Source of the DNA: a virus
Taxonomy: Duplodnaviria > Heunggongvirae > Uroviricota > Caudoviricetes
Virus record (IMG/VR): IMGVR_UViG_3300049988_000008
Span: 15,648-79,647 of that record
Length of the DNA: 64,000 nucleotides
Strand: one strand, 5' to 3'
The translations under genes were made by a program, and so were the position numbers. Numbering within the stretch: position 1 is the stretch's first letter; each line of letters opens with the position of its first letter. Below are positions 37,687-47,566 of this stretch, one piece after another. The notes below the pieces were generated by a model. It was given only the letters and a program-made list of their open reading frames with translations, had not been told where the DNA came from and did not search any database.

Positions 37687-38003
37687 TCAGTTATGTCATG
37701 TTGGATGCTGCTGGTGTGGTACATCAGCACGGTCAATGTTCTGAAGCAGCCCATCTTCCACAAGTGGAAGGGATGACTGTAGAAATTGTAGAGGATGCAG
37801 ATTCATTGATGGTTGTACCTCCTGAAACAACCTATCAAGACTTTCGTCGTATGGATTACCCTACTTTTGGGGATCAGCTGGATGCTTTGTGGCGTGTCAT
37901 GAGCAAGACTGAAGCATTTGCTGCTGATCCTGAAGCCAAAGCAATGTTTGCACGCATCCAAGAAGTCAAACTTCAGTATCCAAAGTCAACAGAAGATAGT
38001 TGA
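37683..38003 (+). CDS. Hypothetical protein (tail module)
   Basis: 106-aa ORF that overlaps the previous stop (ATGA). Confidence 0.4.
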   Translation: MISYVMLDAAGVVHQHGQCSEAAHLPQVEGMTVEIVEDADSLMVVPPETTYQDFRRMDYPTFGDQLDALWRVMSKTEAFAADPEAKAMFARIQEVKLQYPKSTEDS

Positions 38004-38098
38004 CTTCAGCCAAGTAATTCTGTCTATCAACAAGTGTTCTGGTTTAGAATGTCGATGCTGGCGGGAAACCGCCTCATCTTCTTCTAGCCGGAGCATGC

Positions 38099-39019
38099 AT
38101 GACCCAACAACTACTCACACAAGTCGAGTTCCATTTCGTTGCACCTGATGGTGGGCCGGTTAAAAACACGGCTGTCACTATCCAACTGGCCAATGGTGGC
38201 TTTGACAAGGATGTTCCCGGCGTCATCATGCCACGGGAAATCATCCGAACGACTGACGCTGTGGGCAAGGTCATCGTTCCATTGCAGCCAAGTGAGACGG
38301 TGTACTACGTCACTGTCGAAGACAGCGAATCGTTTGCTGCTCTGTCGTACAAGTTCTATGTTCCTGTTCTGGACAATCCAACTGACATTGTTCGTCTGCA
38401 AGACATCATTGTTGATGCTGAGATGGGTCCGATCAGCTATGACCAAGCTGCTCTCCTGCTCATTCAAGAAGTCAAAGCCAACGTACTTGTACATCGTACC
38501 GCTGCTGAACGGGCAGCAGGTCAAAGCCAAGATGCACAGGTAGAAGCTGAATCGGCTCGTGATATGGCTCTGCGCACGATGACGATCACATCGGCTACGC
38601 CTCCACTTGATCCGCTGCCAAACCAAGAATGGATCGACAGTGACACCCTGATTAAGTACACATGGCTGGTCGGCACTGATGGCTTGTCGGGTGTATGGGC
38701 TGAGATTGGCACTGTGCTGGCAGTTGAGATGTCTCCGACACCGACTGATCCAGGTACTGATGTACCACCATTTGATCCTTCCAAACTTGAAACGATTGGC
38801 GAACTGTCGATCATCACTACTTCACTGCTCATCGAGAATGAAGGTGACGCCTATCGTATTCCCCTGAGTGCCGCTGGTATGACTGCTACTGAACTTCCAG
38901 TAGCCACTGTGTTACATCGTGAAGACTTCGTAGTAGTCACTCAAGATGGCATTGATAAGCGTGTCAGTCTGGCTTTGCTTGCTGATGCGCTGAATAAAAT
39001 CTCCAACAACACCATTTAA
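38099..39019 (+). CDS. Hypothetical tail-associated protein
   Basis: 306-aa ORF. It is preceded by a GNRA-loop hairpin followed by a U-rich stretch (38060-38085) and by GGAGC. Confidence 0.45.
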   Translation: MTQQLLTQVEFHFVAPDGGPVKNTAVTIQLANGGFDKDVPGVIMPREIIRTTDAVGKVIVPLQPSETVYYVTVEDSESFAALSYKFYVPVLDNPTDIVRLQDIIVDAEMGPISYDQAALLLIQEVKANVLVHRTAAERAAGQSQDAQVEAESARDMALRTMTITSATPPLDPLPNQEWIDSDTLIKYTWLVGTDGLSGVWAEIGTVLAVEMSPTPTDPGTDVPPFDPSKLETIGELSIITTSLLIENEGDAYRIPLSAAGMTATELPVATVLHREDFVVVTQDGIDKRVSLALLADALNKISNNTI

Positions 39020-39030
39020 TAAGTGAATCT

Positions 39031-41664
39031 ATGGCTAAATTGAATGACCCCCTCAAGAAAGACTTGTCGCCAGCGTTGACCAAGACTCAATGGTCTGCAC
39101 TGTTCAAGTCTTTGATGAATCCGGGTGCTCGCATCCGGTGTTTTATTTCGCCCAATGCGAACTCGACTGATCCATCGCTGGATGGTACTGAGTTCCTGAA
39201 CATTGGTACTGATGGTAACTTCGGCACGATTGGCGGTAACATCGTGGGCCTTGGCTTGCTGTCGGGTATTACTGTCCATAAGGCAGCTGATCTGACCGTC
39301 GGTAGTGCGTCGTTGCACATCGAAGGTAACGGCTATGTGGTCAAGTGCACGCTTGGTCTGTATGGCTCGAACAAAGAGTTCATGCTCAAAGCCAATCCAA
39401 CTGGCTTGGCTAATGAAGGCTTTGCGTTCATGCTGGGTAGCGGCATCTTGGCTCCAATGTTCCTGCCTACCGGTATCGGCCCTGCTGCGCCTGCACCAAC
39501 TGATGACACTGTGGTTGCTCTCCGTATGTTGGATGGGCGTAATCCAGCAGTTCGTACTGTCGTTGGCACGATGCCAGTAACTCAACGTGAACCGAACGTG
39601 GTTGCTGATCGTCTGTTCATCGCTCGTGAAATGGGTGATGTACGTAAGACACGTGTACCTGATGGTATGGGTATCGTCTTCGGTACTGGTGGTGAATGCT
39701 TCAAGTTCGGTGCTGTGTCACTGCTGCATAATGCTTCGGTCAATAGTGAAGCCAATGTCCCTCTGCAACAGATCGGGATCATGGCACAACCGCATAACCG
39801 TATCGCTTCGTGGCCTTTCAAGAAGGACTTCAACGTTGCTGATGACTGCTTGATTCCTTGGCCATTCAAGTTTGAACTGCTGCGTGCTGATGGTTCGGTT
39901 GTGGATGTGATCGAAAACTACGCTAGCCGTGATGCAAACAACACGCCGGGTAGCGGTAAGTTTATCAACTATCAGGGCCAGACCATGAATCCATGGGAAG
40001 GTCCATCGGAACCATTCTGGGCCTGTACTCAAATTCTGGGCTGGATGTCGCACATCCCTAAGACCAATACGCAGACTTCGCACTTGTTCCCAGGTGTTGA
40101 ATCGGATGTGTTTAATCCGAAGCACACGATGGAGCACTTCTCGAATCAGCTGGTGTTCCCACCTATCACGAAGAATCAAACGTGGGATGGTCTGAGTGTG
40201 TGGCGTGCTTCACCTAAATGGCCACGTAAGATGGGTACTGGCTTTGACACGACTGCACCTGAAACTGGTCTGCCGTTCATCTTCAAAGCAGATTCAACCA
40301 GTCAAGTCATTGGTTATGGCTGGCAGCCAGGTGGTGATGCACAGCACACCATGTACATGGCTCCGGGCGGTCAACGTCCTGATCGTTCATACAAAGGTAA
40401 TACTTTGCACGCATGGACGACTTACCCTGAAGGTAAGCGTGTTCATGGCAATGTTCCATACAAGGAGTTGATGTTCAACTTCCTGATGGGTTATTGGGGC
40501 CATGGTGTTCACCTGTTTACCAACGTTGAACGTGGTACGGGTATCTCGAAGCGCCGTATTCTGAACAATGAAATCTGCTACGCGGATAACTACTACCGTG
40601 GTAGCAATGAGAATCACGTTCCTGACATCGAGAACAGTGCTGTTCGTCTGTTCAGTGCAACCAACGGTAATGACTTGGGTGTACTCGATAAGAAGGGCCG
40701 TTCGATGAACAACGAATACGCTCGTGACTATCAGCACAATCAAAGCAATAGCTCGTGTGGTGCATACCTCATGAACTCGTGCCTGCACATGCTGGAAGCC
40801 ACTCATTTCTTCACGGGTAACGTTCTGTGCACTTCGTGGTTGCTTGGTGTTGACTTCGACAAAGACGATTTCATGACTCGTCAGTTTGTCTGGTATTGGG
40901 GTCAGTTCACTGACATGTGGCTCAGTGCAAACAACGATGTGAATTGCATCTCGTCTGCTGAACTGGAAAACATGTGGCAAATCCACATTGAGAAGGTGTA
41001 TGACGAAATCATGCCACTGTACCAATCTGGTACTGACGTGTACTCGCGTACTCTGCGTGGTATGGGCATTGGTTCGTACTACATGGGTGCTGGTGAAGGT
41101 CGTACTGCTTTGCGTTTGTGGTCGGATTCGAAGTCGGGCTACATGGGTCAAGTTCTGGCACTGATGAAGCAGACTGGTGCATGGGACATGCTGCGTGCTA
41201 AGTCGGACAAGTGCCGTGCTGTGCTCGATCTGATTATTGAATGCTGTCATAAGCTGACCGTTGACTTCTTCATGGATTGCAATGGTCGCTTTGACCAGAT
41301 TCCACGTGATCTGTCTTGGGACAATGGTTTTGAACCTGAAGGTGACCTGACTTGGGATCGTTATTCGCCTCCAAGTAATGGCGCTGACTGGATTCGTCAG
41401 GAAGGTGGCAACATCAAGGCTACTGGTGCTCGTGGAACGATTGATGTCACCAGTACGATGCATGCTCGTGCACAGATGCTGTTCATTCTGGATACGTTCT
41501 TCCCTGAGAAACCATATCCACGCATGGCAGATGCTAAAGCAAAAGTACGTAAGTTCTACGCCGATATTGACGCTAATCAGAAAGCTGGTGGTGACACCTG
41601 GGCTTACTACTACGTAATGTTTGGTATCTATAAAGCTCCTGCCCGTGTTGGCGCAGTCATCTAA
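39031..41664 (+). CDS. Large tail/virion protein, possible tailspike or polysaccharide-degrading enzyme
   Basis: 877-aa ORF in the tail module. It is Trp/Tyr/Asn/Gly-rich in the way carbohydrate-active proteins often are. No diagnostic motif was recognised. Confidence 0.4.
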   Translation: MAKLNDPLKKDLSPALTKTQWSALFKSLMNPGARIRCFISPNANSTDPSLDGTEFLNIGTDGNFGTIGGNIVGLGLLSGITVHKAADLTVGSASLHIEGNGYVVKCTLGLYGSNKEFMLKANPTGLANEGFAFMLGSGILAPMFLPTGIGPAAPAPTDDTVVALRMLDGRNPAVRTVVGTMPVTQREPNVVADRLFIAREMGDVRKTRVPDGMGIVFGTGGECFKFGAVSLLHNASVNSEANVPLQQIGIMAQPHNRIASWPFKKDFNVADDCLIPWPFKFELLRADGSVVDVIENYASRDANNTPGSGKFINYQGQTMNPWEGPSEPFWACTQILGWMSHIPKTNTQTSHLFPGVESDVFNPKHTMEHFSNQLVFPPITKNQTWDGLSVWRASPKWPRKMGTGFDTTAPETGLPFIFKADSTSQVIGYGWQPGGDAQHTMYMAPGGQRPDRSYKGNTLHAWTTYPEGKRVHGNVPYKELMFNFLMGYWGHGVHLFTNVERGTGISKRRILNNEICYADNYYRGSNENHVPDIENSAVRLFSATNGNDLGVLDKKGRSMNNEYARDYQHNQSNSSCGAYLMNSCLHMLEATHFFTGNVLCTSWLLGVDFDKDDFMTRQFVWYWGQFTDMWLSANNDVNCISSAELENMWQIHIEKVYDEIMPLYQSGTDVYSRTLRGMGIGSYYMGAGEGRTALRLWSDSKSGYMGQVLALMKQTGAWDMLRAKSDKCRAVLDLIIECCHKLTVDFFMDCNGRFDQIPRDLSWDNGFEPEGDLTWDRYSPPSNGADWIRQEGGNIKATGARGTIDVTSTMHARAQMLFILDTFFPEKPYPRMADAKAKVRKFYADIDANQKAGGDTWAYYYVMFGIYKAPARVGAVI

Positions 41665-41672
41665 GGAACAAT

Positions 41673-43823
41673 ATGTCTAAAATTATTCTTGACTACTCCA
41701 CTGAAGCACAATTCCGTGCTGCGGTGGCAAGTGCTCCCAAGAATCTGGTGGAGCGTGGTGACACGCTCGAACTTGTACAAACCAAGGCTGAGATTTTCTT
41801 CGACGCCCCGGTTGTACTGACTGGTTTCACGACTGGTCCGAGTAACGGCATTCTCATGAGCTGTGCTCTGAATGCCTCTTATGTGGAGAATCCAGATGTA
41901 TTGACCCTGCCTTTTGCTTACTCAGCTACGGCAGGCGCTGCATGGCGTATCCATGGTTCAACTCGTCCGCCAATGCTGACGATTGATGTGCCTTATGTGA
42001 CCATGAAAGGTATGCAGTTGCAGCAGGCAGCAGGCGATACGCAGCGTCTGTTGCAACTGAATGGTACGGCGAATGATTTTGTTTCTCTGCATTCGATATT
42101 TGATTCGCATGGTCAACTGGCTTATTGCTGGCCTGTTAGTATCGATGCTCCGAACGTCAAATTCATGAGTTCGTTGATCATTCATCGTTCGAACCGTGAG
42201 AACGCCATTTACATGAATGGTTTCAATGCGGAGTTTGAGAATTGCACTATTGTTCGTCCTACGAACTTCAACACTGTTGGCGCTGCATTCCAAATGGTTC
42301 GTGGCGGTGCAAAGATTCAAAACTGTGTCGGTACTGGTTTTTATTCTTTGACTGACACCCAGTATGCTACTGGTGATAACAACGCTTGTGATGGTTCGAT
42401 TCAGTTTGGTAATAACAAGCTTGAAAACATCTCTGTTCCCAATACTTGGGTAAGCAGCCTCAATGACTTCCGTACGAAGGCTGGCGCATCTATCATTGAT
42501 AGCGGTGCTGTACCTTCAAGCAAGAACGTTGCTGCTCCAAGTGGTGTTCGTCAGCAAGGTACTGCTGCTGACCGTGGTGCATGGGAATACCCAAGCACCT
42601 TGGTTGCACCTACTGCCACTGTGACTGGTGTTCAAGTTGCTGGTCGTAAGGTCACTATAACTGGTACTACCACTGGTACGCCTACGTCTGGTGTCATTAC
42701 CATGACTAAGGAAGCTGTTGATAATAATAGTGCTGTTGCTCAAGGTCCAAAGAACTTGGTCTTTGGTGCTGGTACGTTCAGCTGTGAATTCACTGATGCA
42801 ATGTATGGTGCATACAACCTCAAGTTGAGTGTGTCGAATGCTGCATACACTGTCAATGGTACGAATCCTGTTGGTTCGTTCTTGGTGGAAGGTCCAAAGG
42901 CAAGCAACATTGTTCAGACTCTGGACGGCCAGCGTTATCGCATCAATGCTGTAACTACTGGCAATCCAACTGCCGGTACGGTGCTGCTTCCTGCGGATAA
43001 AACCAATCCAGATGGTGCGACTGATCGTCTGATGAATCTGGTGATCACTGCAAATGCCTGTTCTCTGGAGGAATTCATCCCAGTGGCAGGTAACTATGGT
43101 CCCGGTATTCTCACGCTGTCTAATGCTGGTGGTACGAGTCTGCCACAGCCGGGTACTTCGGCTATCTCCATCAAAGGTATCAGTGGTAATCCACAGATTC
43201 CTGACATGGAGCAAGTTGTTGTGCCAAAGGTCACTGCTGTTGATGTGACCCCTGCTGTTGGCACGATTGAAGCTGAAGGCACTATTCAACTGAATGCTTC
43301 GGTGGTTGGTGAAAACTATCCGGGTCAAGCTGTTGCATGGTCCACACCAAAGGGTACGGTCAGTTCGAACGGCCTGTTCAAAGGTCACGCTCCGACTGTT
43401 GATGAAGTAGTTGTGGTTACGGCTACCAGCATTGCTGATCCAAGCTTCTCGGATACGGCTGTAATCAAGGTCAAAGCCAAGGTGGTTGTGGTTGTTCCTG
43501 ACCCTGATCCAGAACCAGAAGACCCTGATCCAACTGATCCTGAAGTTCCAGTGGTTGTGAAAGCAACCAAAGCAACCATCGAGATGATTTCGCCTGAAGG
43601 TGTGACTCAAGCCAATCTCACTGGTTTGTCTGTGTCGTTCTTCGATCAGACTGACATTGGCGATCTGCTGGCTCCAGTAGCTCGTACCAAAGTTGGTTCG
43701 ACCAACGCACAAGGTCAACTGGTGATGAACATCACTGGTACGAATCTGGTGCCGGGTCAGAGCGGTCGGATTGTTGTTGGGAAAGGTACTAAAGCCTTCA
43801 CCGGTATCGTGGTGGTGTCGTAA
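41673..43823 (+). CDS. Tailspike-like protein with a beta-helix (pectate-lyase-fold-like) region, a Big_2 Ig-like domain and an acidic Pro-rich linker
   Basis: The central region has repeated N/G/T-rich beta-helix-type segments. A Big_2-like domain reads VTAVDVTPAVGTIEAEGTIQLNASVVGENYPGQAVAWSTPKGTVSSNGLF...VVVTATSIADPSFSDTAVIKV. The linker is VVVVPDPDPEPEDPDPTDPEVPVVV. Confidence 0.5.
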   Translation: MSKIILDYSTEAQFRAAVASAPKNLVERGDTLELVQTKAEIFFDAPVVLTGFTTGPSNGILMSCALNASYVENPDVLTLPFAYSATAGAAWRIHGSTRPPMLTIDVPYVTMKGMQLQQAAGDTQRLLQLNGTANDFVSLHSIFDSHGQLAYCWPVSIDAPNVKFMSSLIIHRSNRENAIYMNGFNAEFENCTIVRPTNFNTVGAAFQMVRGGAKIQNCVGTGFYSLTDTQYATGDNNACDGSIQFGNNKLENISVPNTWVSSLNDFRTKAGASIIDSGAVPSSKNVAAPSGVRQQGTAADRGAWEYPSTLVAPTATVTGVQVAGRKVTITGTTTGTPTSGVITMTKEAVDNNSAVAQGPKNLVFGAGTFSCEFTDAMYGAYNLKLSVSNAAYTVNGTNPVGSFLVEGPKASNIVQTLDGQRYRINAVTTGNPTAGTVLLPADKTNPDGATDRLMNLVITANACSLEEFIPVAGNYGPGILTLSNAGGTSLPQPGTSAISIKGISGNPQIPDMEQVVVPKVTAVDVTPAVGTIEAEGTIQLNASVVGENYPGQAVAWSTPKGTVSSNGLFKGHAPTVDEVVVVTATSIADPSFSDTAVIKVKAKVVVVVPDPDPEPEDPDPTDPEVPVVVKATKATIEMISPEGVTQANLTGLSVSFFDQTDIGDLLAPVARTKVGSTNAQGQLVMNITGTNLVPGQSGRIVVGKGTKAFTGIVVVS

Positions 43824-44161
43824 TGCTTGCGGTGTTTGCTCAACAACTGTCAGGTGCTTATGCCGTGTTCCGGCAGCAGTATCAGACAGTTGCAGCAAAC
43901 ACCCATGCGCTGTTCTCAGAACAGTTCATGGGTCAATTTGCTGTATTCCGTGATCAATACACTCTACCAGTCATTCCACCCACAAAGACATGGGGTGTGT
44001 TCAGTGATCAGAACATCGGCAAGCTTGCGATCTTCCGTGATCAGTACTGGACAAATGATGGTGAGGTTCCTGTCCCTGGACCAACTAAACTTTCCATAAG
44101 GATGCTTTCCTCTGGTAAAGTTCGTCTTATCAATGGCCGTATCCAACTCTGTCAGACATAA
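43823..44161 (+). CDS. Small tandem-repeat protein (FRDQY repeats)
   Basis: 112 aa. The ATG overlaps the previous stop (TAATG). There are three copies of the motif [AV]xFR(Q/D)QY. Confidence 0.45.
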   Translation: MLAVFAQQLSGAYAVFRQQYQTVAANTHALFSEQFMGQFAVFRDQYTLPVIPPTKTWGVFSDQNIGKLAIFRDQYWTNDGEVPVPGPTKLSIRMLSSGKVRLINGRIQLCQT

Positions 44162-44164
44162 ACT

Positions 44165-45877
44165 ATGTATAAATTTCCAATCAATCCCGTAGTGGGACAA
44201 GAACATGCAGAGGGCCAGAAGTCATGGAAATGGAACGGCTCTGCATGGGACATTATTGCCGTACCAAATGTACAGGTTGAGGCGACTAAACTCGCTGCTC
44301 AACAAGCTCAAGCGGCTGCTGTTGCCGCTCAAGAAAGTCGTGATCATGCTACGGCCTCGAAGAATGCTGCCAAAGCAAGTGAACTGGCTTCGGCCAGTGC
44401 CAAGGGTAACGCTGAGGGATCAGCTGTATCTGCCAATACCAGCAAGATCGCTGCTGAAGCATCTCAGGTAGCGGCTGCAAATTCCGCTGCTCTGGCCACT
44501 GCTGAAAAGTTAGTAGCCACTAACAAGGCTACTGCTGCTGCGGCTTCTGCTGCTTTGGCTGAAACGCATAAGAATGCCACGGCTGTATCTGAAGCTACTG
44601 CTCTGGCATTGTCAAAAGCGGCTGCTGAAAGTGCTCTGTTGTCTGGTGATCGGGCTGCTGCTTCGGGTGTTCAAGCTGCTGCTTCACTGGCTTCTGCTAA
44701 TTTGGCTGTCGCTTATGCCACCAAGTTTGATGGCCCTGTTGCCAATGGACTGTATTCGGCACGGTACTACGCCAATGAAGCCAAGCGATATGTGGATACG
44801 CTGATCGTTGGTCAGGTGCAAGCTGACTGGGCTGAGACTGATTCGTCTATCAAGTCGTTCATTCAGAACAAGCCAGTGATTCCTTCGAATACGAATCAAC
44901 TGACTAATGGTGCTGCTTACATCACCTTGGCTCAGTCTCGTGCTGGATTCAGTGTCACTGGCGGTACTTATGACGCAACTACTGGCAAGTTGACAATTCC
45001 AGCTGGCCCTGTATTGGCTCCTGTAGCTACCACTGGTTCATATGGTGACCTGACGGGTAAACCATCTATCCCATCTAAAACCAGTGAACTGACCAATGAT
45101 GCTGGCTTCCTGAAGTCTGCTGATATTGTTAGTGGTGTGTCGTCTGTTGCTGGCCGTTCTGGTGCTGTGACGTTGACTAAGGCAGATGTGAATCTGACCA
45201 ACGTTGATAACACATCGGATGTAAACAAACCAATCAGTGGTGCTACTCAGTCTGCTCTGAACAACAAAGCACCTGTGAATAGTCCAGCATTCACTGGCAC
45301 TGTAACTGGTGTCACTGCTGCCATGGTTGGCTTGGGTAACGTCGATAACAAATCTAGTGCCACTATCCGTGGTGAAATCACAAGCCAGAACGTTAAGACT
45401 GCTCTTGGATACACCCCTATTGGTCAAGGTGGTGGTCCTAATCAACTGGACAACACTATCAAGATTGGTTGGTCCACTGATGGCAAACTGCGTCTGGTAG
45501 TTGATGCTACTGACTTCGGTCCTGAATGGCCAATGGACATTCAAGGTTCGGCACGTACGTTTGCAAGTCGCTTGCCTGCCTACTACCTTGATGCAGCTAA
45601 CCACACTGGCATTCTGAGTGTGGACAAAGGCGGTACTGGCGTGAACTCTTTGGCTTCACTCAAGAGTGCACTGACGATTAACAACGTCAACAACACCACT
45701 GACTTGAATAAGCCAGTCAGTACTGCGCAACAGACTGCTATCAATGCTGCTCAGAATGCAGCACAAGGATATGCAGACAATGCTGCCAGTGCTGTACGCA
45801 ACGAACTGACAACCACTATCAATGCATTTCCAAAGGTGACTCTGGACGATTTGCATGCCCTGATGCTTTGCTTCTAA
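44165..45877 (+). CDS. Tail fiber protein (Stf / gp37-like)
   Basis: The N-terminus INPVVGQ...W.WNGSAWD is followed by a long Ala-rich coiled coil. Phage tail-fibre repeat motifs occur (LTKADVNLTNVDNTSDVNKPISGATQSALNNKA and TINNVNNTTDLNKPVSTAQQTAINAAQ). The distal region is IGWSTDGKLRLVVDATDFG. Confidence 0.7.
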   Translation: MYKFPINPVVGQEHAEGQKSWKWNGSAWDIIAVPNVQVEATKLAAQQAQAAAVAAQESRDHATASKNAAKASELASASAKGNAEGSAVSANTSKIAAEASQVAAANSAALATAEKLVATNKATAAAASAALAETHKNATAVSEATALALSKAAAESALLSGDRAAASGVQAAASLASANLAVAYATKFDGPVANGLYSARYYANEAKRYVDTLIVGQVQADWAETDSSIKSFIQNKPVIPSNTNQLTNGAAYITLAQSRAGFSVTGGTYDATTGKLTIPAGPVLAPVATTGSYGDLTGKPSIPSKTSELTNDAGFLKSADIVSGVSSVAGRSGAVTLTKADVNLTNVDNTSDVNKPISGATQSALNNKAPVNSPAFTGTVTGVTAAMVGLGNVDNKSSATIRGEITSQNVKTALGYTPIGQGGGPNQLDNTIKIGWSTDGKLRLVVDATDFGPEWPMDIQGSARTFASRLPAYYLDAANHTGILSVDKGGTGVNSLASLKSALTINNVNNTTDLNKPVSTAQQTAINAAQNAAQGYADNAASAVRNELTTTINAFPKVTLDDLHALMLCF

Positions 45878-45892
45878 ACCAAGGATAATTTA

Positions 45893-46303
45893 ATGTCTAA
45901 ACTGAATACCGCTCCATTCCCACAGAATCCACGTGCAGGTGCTGCCGTGTGTACTCTGGCTTGCACGTTCACGACTACACCTACCAATGTTGTGCCATTG
46001 GGTACTATCGGTGCTGATGATGGTGTACTGACCCGTCTGGAAGCAATTCCACTGGGTTCGAACAGTGCAATGAACATTTTGCTGTTTGCTGAATTCCCAG
46101 GCAAGTCAGAGAAGTTCCTGATTGCTGTCAAGAGTGCTCCTGCTGCATCGATCAGTGCAAGTGCAACCAATTGGACACCTTATCGTTTCGATATGTCTGA
46201 ATTGAACACTCGTCGTCTTCCTAAAGGTACGAATCTGTACGTTGGCATCACGGTAGCCTTCCCTGCTGGTATGGTTATCACCGGTGAATGGTCGGACTAT
46301 TGA
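45893..46303 (+). CDS. Hypothetical protein (tail fiber-associated)
   Basis: 136-aa ORF directly after the fiber gene. Confidence 0.4.
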   Translation: MSKLNTAPFPQNPRAGAAVCTLACTFTTTPTNVVPLGTIGADDGVLTRLEAIPLGSNSAMNILLFAEFPGKSEKFLIAVKSAPAASISASATNWTPYRFDMSELNTRRLPKGTNLYVGITVAFPAGMVITGEWSDY

Positions 46304-46304
46304 T

Positions 46305-46904
46305 ATGAAAATCCTTGGTGCCAACCCTTTAATGGCGGAAGCATCAGCATTTCCAGCTTGGCGAGGGATTCAATCATTCCCTCGCAAGCAGTTTGCTGCG
46401 GCAGGGTACGTTAACAACATAAACAAGCGTGACTTGATCACTACAGGCTTTAGTCAGGACACTTTGTGGCGTGCACCCTACAATGTTTCAATGATTGAGA
46501 CATTAAGTGGCCATGGTGGACCGGGAAAGCCTGGAAGTAGCTCTCCAGCTTGGTATTATAGTCGTCAAGAGATTGCGTATAAGGATGGTTCTGTCACGAA
46601 CGAGTATGACTTCACGTATAACGAAGGAAATGCTCCAGCCGATAGTTGTGTCTACTACGATAGCTCTAACTCAAGCAGTACGATTGTTCGAGTGTGTACG
46701 TTCTACACTCAAGTGCCTGCAACTGTGACTAATGCTGAATACGGTGGAGATGCATCTGCTTTTGGGTACACATTTGGTGGTGGATATGGTTACGGCCAAC
46801 CTCCATTGATTTTGATGGATGTACCGTTCTCAATTGTTCCAGGTGAGGTATATCAAATCCGTGTTCCTTCAGGTGGCTTACTTTACTTTACATACTACCA
46901 ATAA
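46305..46904 (+). CDS. Hypothetical Gly/Tyr-rich protein (tail fiber-associated)
   Basis: The start is at ATG 46305, overlapping the previous stop (TGATATG). The motif GYTFGGGYGYG is present. Confidence 0.4.
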   Translation: MKILGANPLMAEASAFPAWRGIQSFPRKQFAAAGYVNNINKRDLITTGFSQDTLWRAPYNVSMIETLSGHGGPGKPGSSSPAWYYSRQEIAYKDGSVTNEYDFTYNEGNAPADSCVYYDSSNSSSTIVRVCTFYTQVPATVTNAEYGGDASAFGYTFGGGYGYGQPPLILMDVPFSIVPGEVYQIRVPSGGLLYFTYYQ

Positions 46905-47563
46905 TGAAATATTACAAAATTGAGGATGGTAAGGCACTGGATGTTCCAGTGCCACATGAGATTGATGGGTTCAGCCGGGAAGACTTGGCTGACCTGTCGT
47001 TCCTCCCCGATGAACTTGGCTTAAAGGATGCTGTCTGGTGGCCTGCTGTTGAGATGGAACAAACACTTGCTGTCGATGAAAAGTTGACAGATGTGTTGAT
47101 TCTGATTCTTGATAACGAGAACAAACAAGTTGAAGTACGCCGAGCAATACGCTCGTGGACTCCTGAAGAAGTCAAAGCGTACCTTGAACTGTACATTGAA
47201 GGAATCAACAAAGCGGTTGCGAACGCGACCGCAAAAGCTACCCAATTCGCTCTTGAATACACTCGTCGGGAAGCTCAAGCACGTGCCTACGTCGCTGAAG
47301 TATGGGCGCTTCCTGAAGGTGCTGAACTGCCTGAAGCCCCACGGCTGATCGCAAACTTTGCTAAGAGTGCTGGCTTGAATGAATTTGAAGCTGCAAAGCT
47401 GACAATCCAACAGGCTGATGCACTATATGAAAAGCAAGACTGTTTGGCTGATCTGCGTATGCGTAAGTATGAAATGCTTCGTGCACCTGATCTGTCGAGC
47501 GCCCTCAACATCGCTGCTGACATCAATAAAAAGATCGAAGCCATCGCAATCACTATTAACTAA
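46904..47563 (+). CDS. Putative tail fiber assembly (Tfa-like) chaperone
   Basis: 219 aa. It begins MKYYKIEDGK..., as many Tfa proteins do. It lies immediately downstream of the fiber gene set. The ATG overlaps the previous stop (TAATG). Confidence 0.4.
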   Translation: MKYYKIEDGKALDVPVPHEIDGFSREDLADLSFLPDELGLKDAVWWPAVEMEQTLAVDEKLTDVLILILDNENKQVEVRRAIRSWTPEEVKAYLELYIEGINKAVANATAKATQFALEYTRREAQARAYVAEVWALPEGAELPEAPRLIANFAKSAGLNEFEAAKLTIQQADALYEKQDCLADLRMRKYEMLRAPDLSSALNIAADINKKIEAIAITIN

Positions 47564-47566
47564 TAT

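Noticed and set aside
38111-43898. Minus-strand ORFs 38111..38626, 40387..41463 and 42516..43898 inside tail genes
   Set aside because: They are antisense to long plus-strand tail genes with coherent domain content. No SDs are present, and the products are Cys/His/Arg-rich low-complexity sequences.
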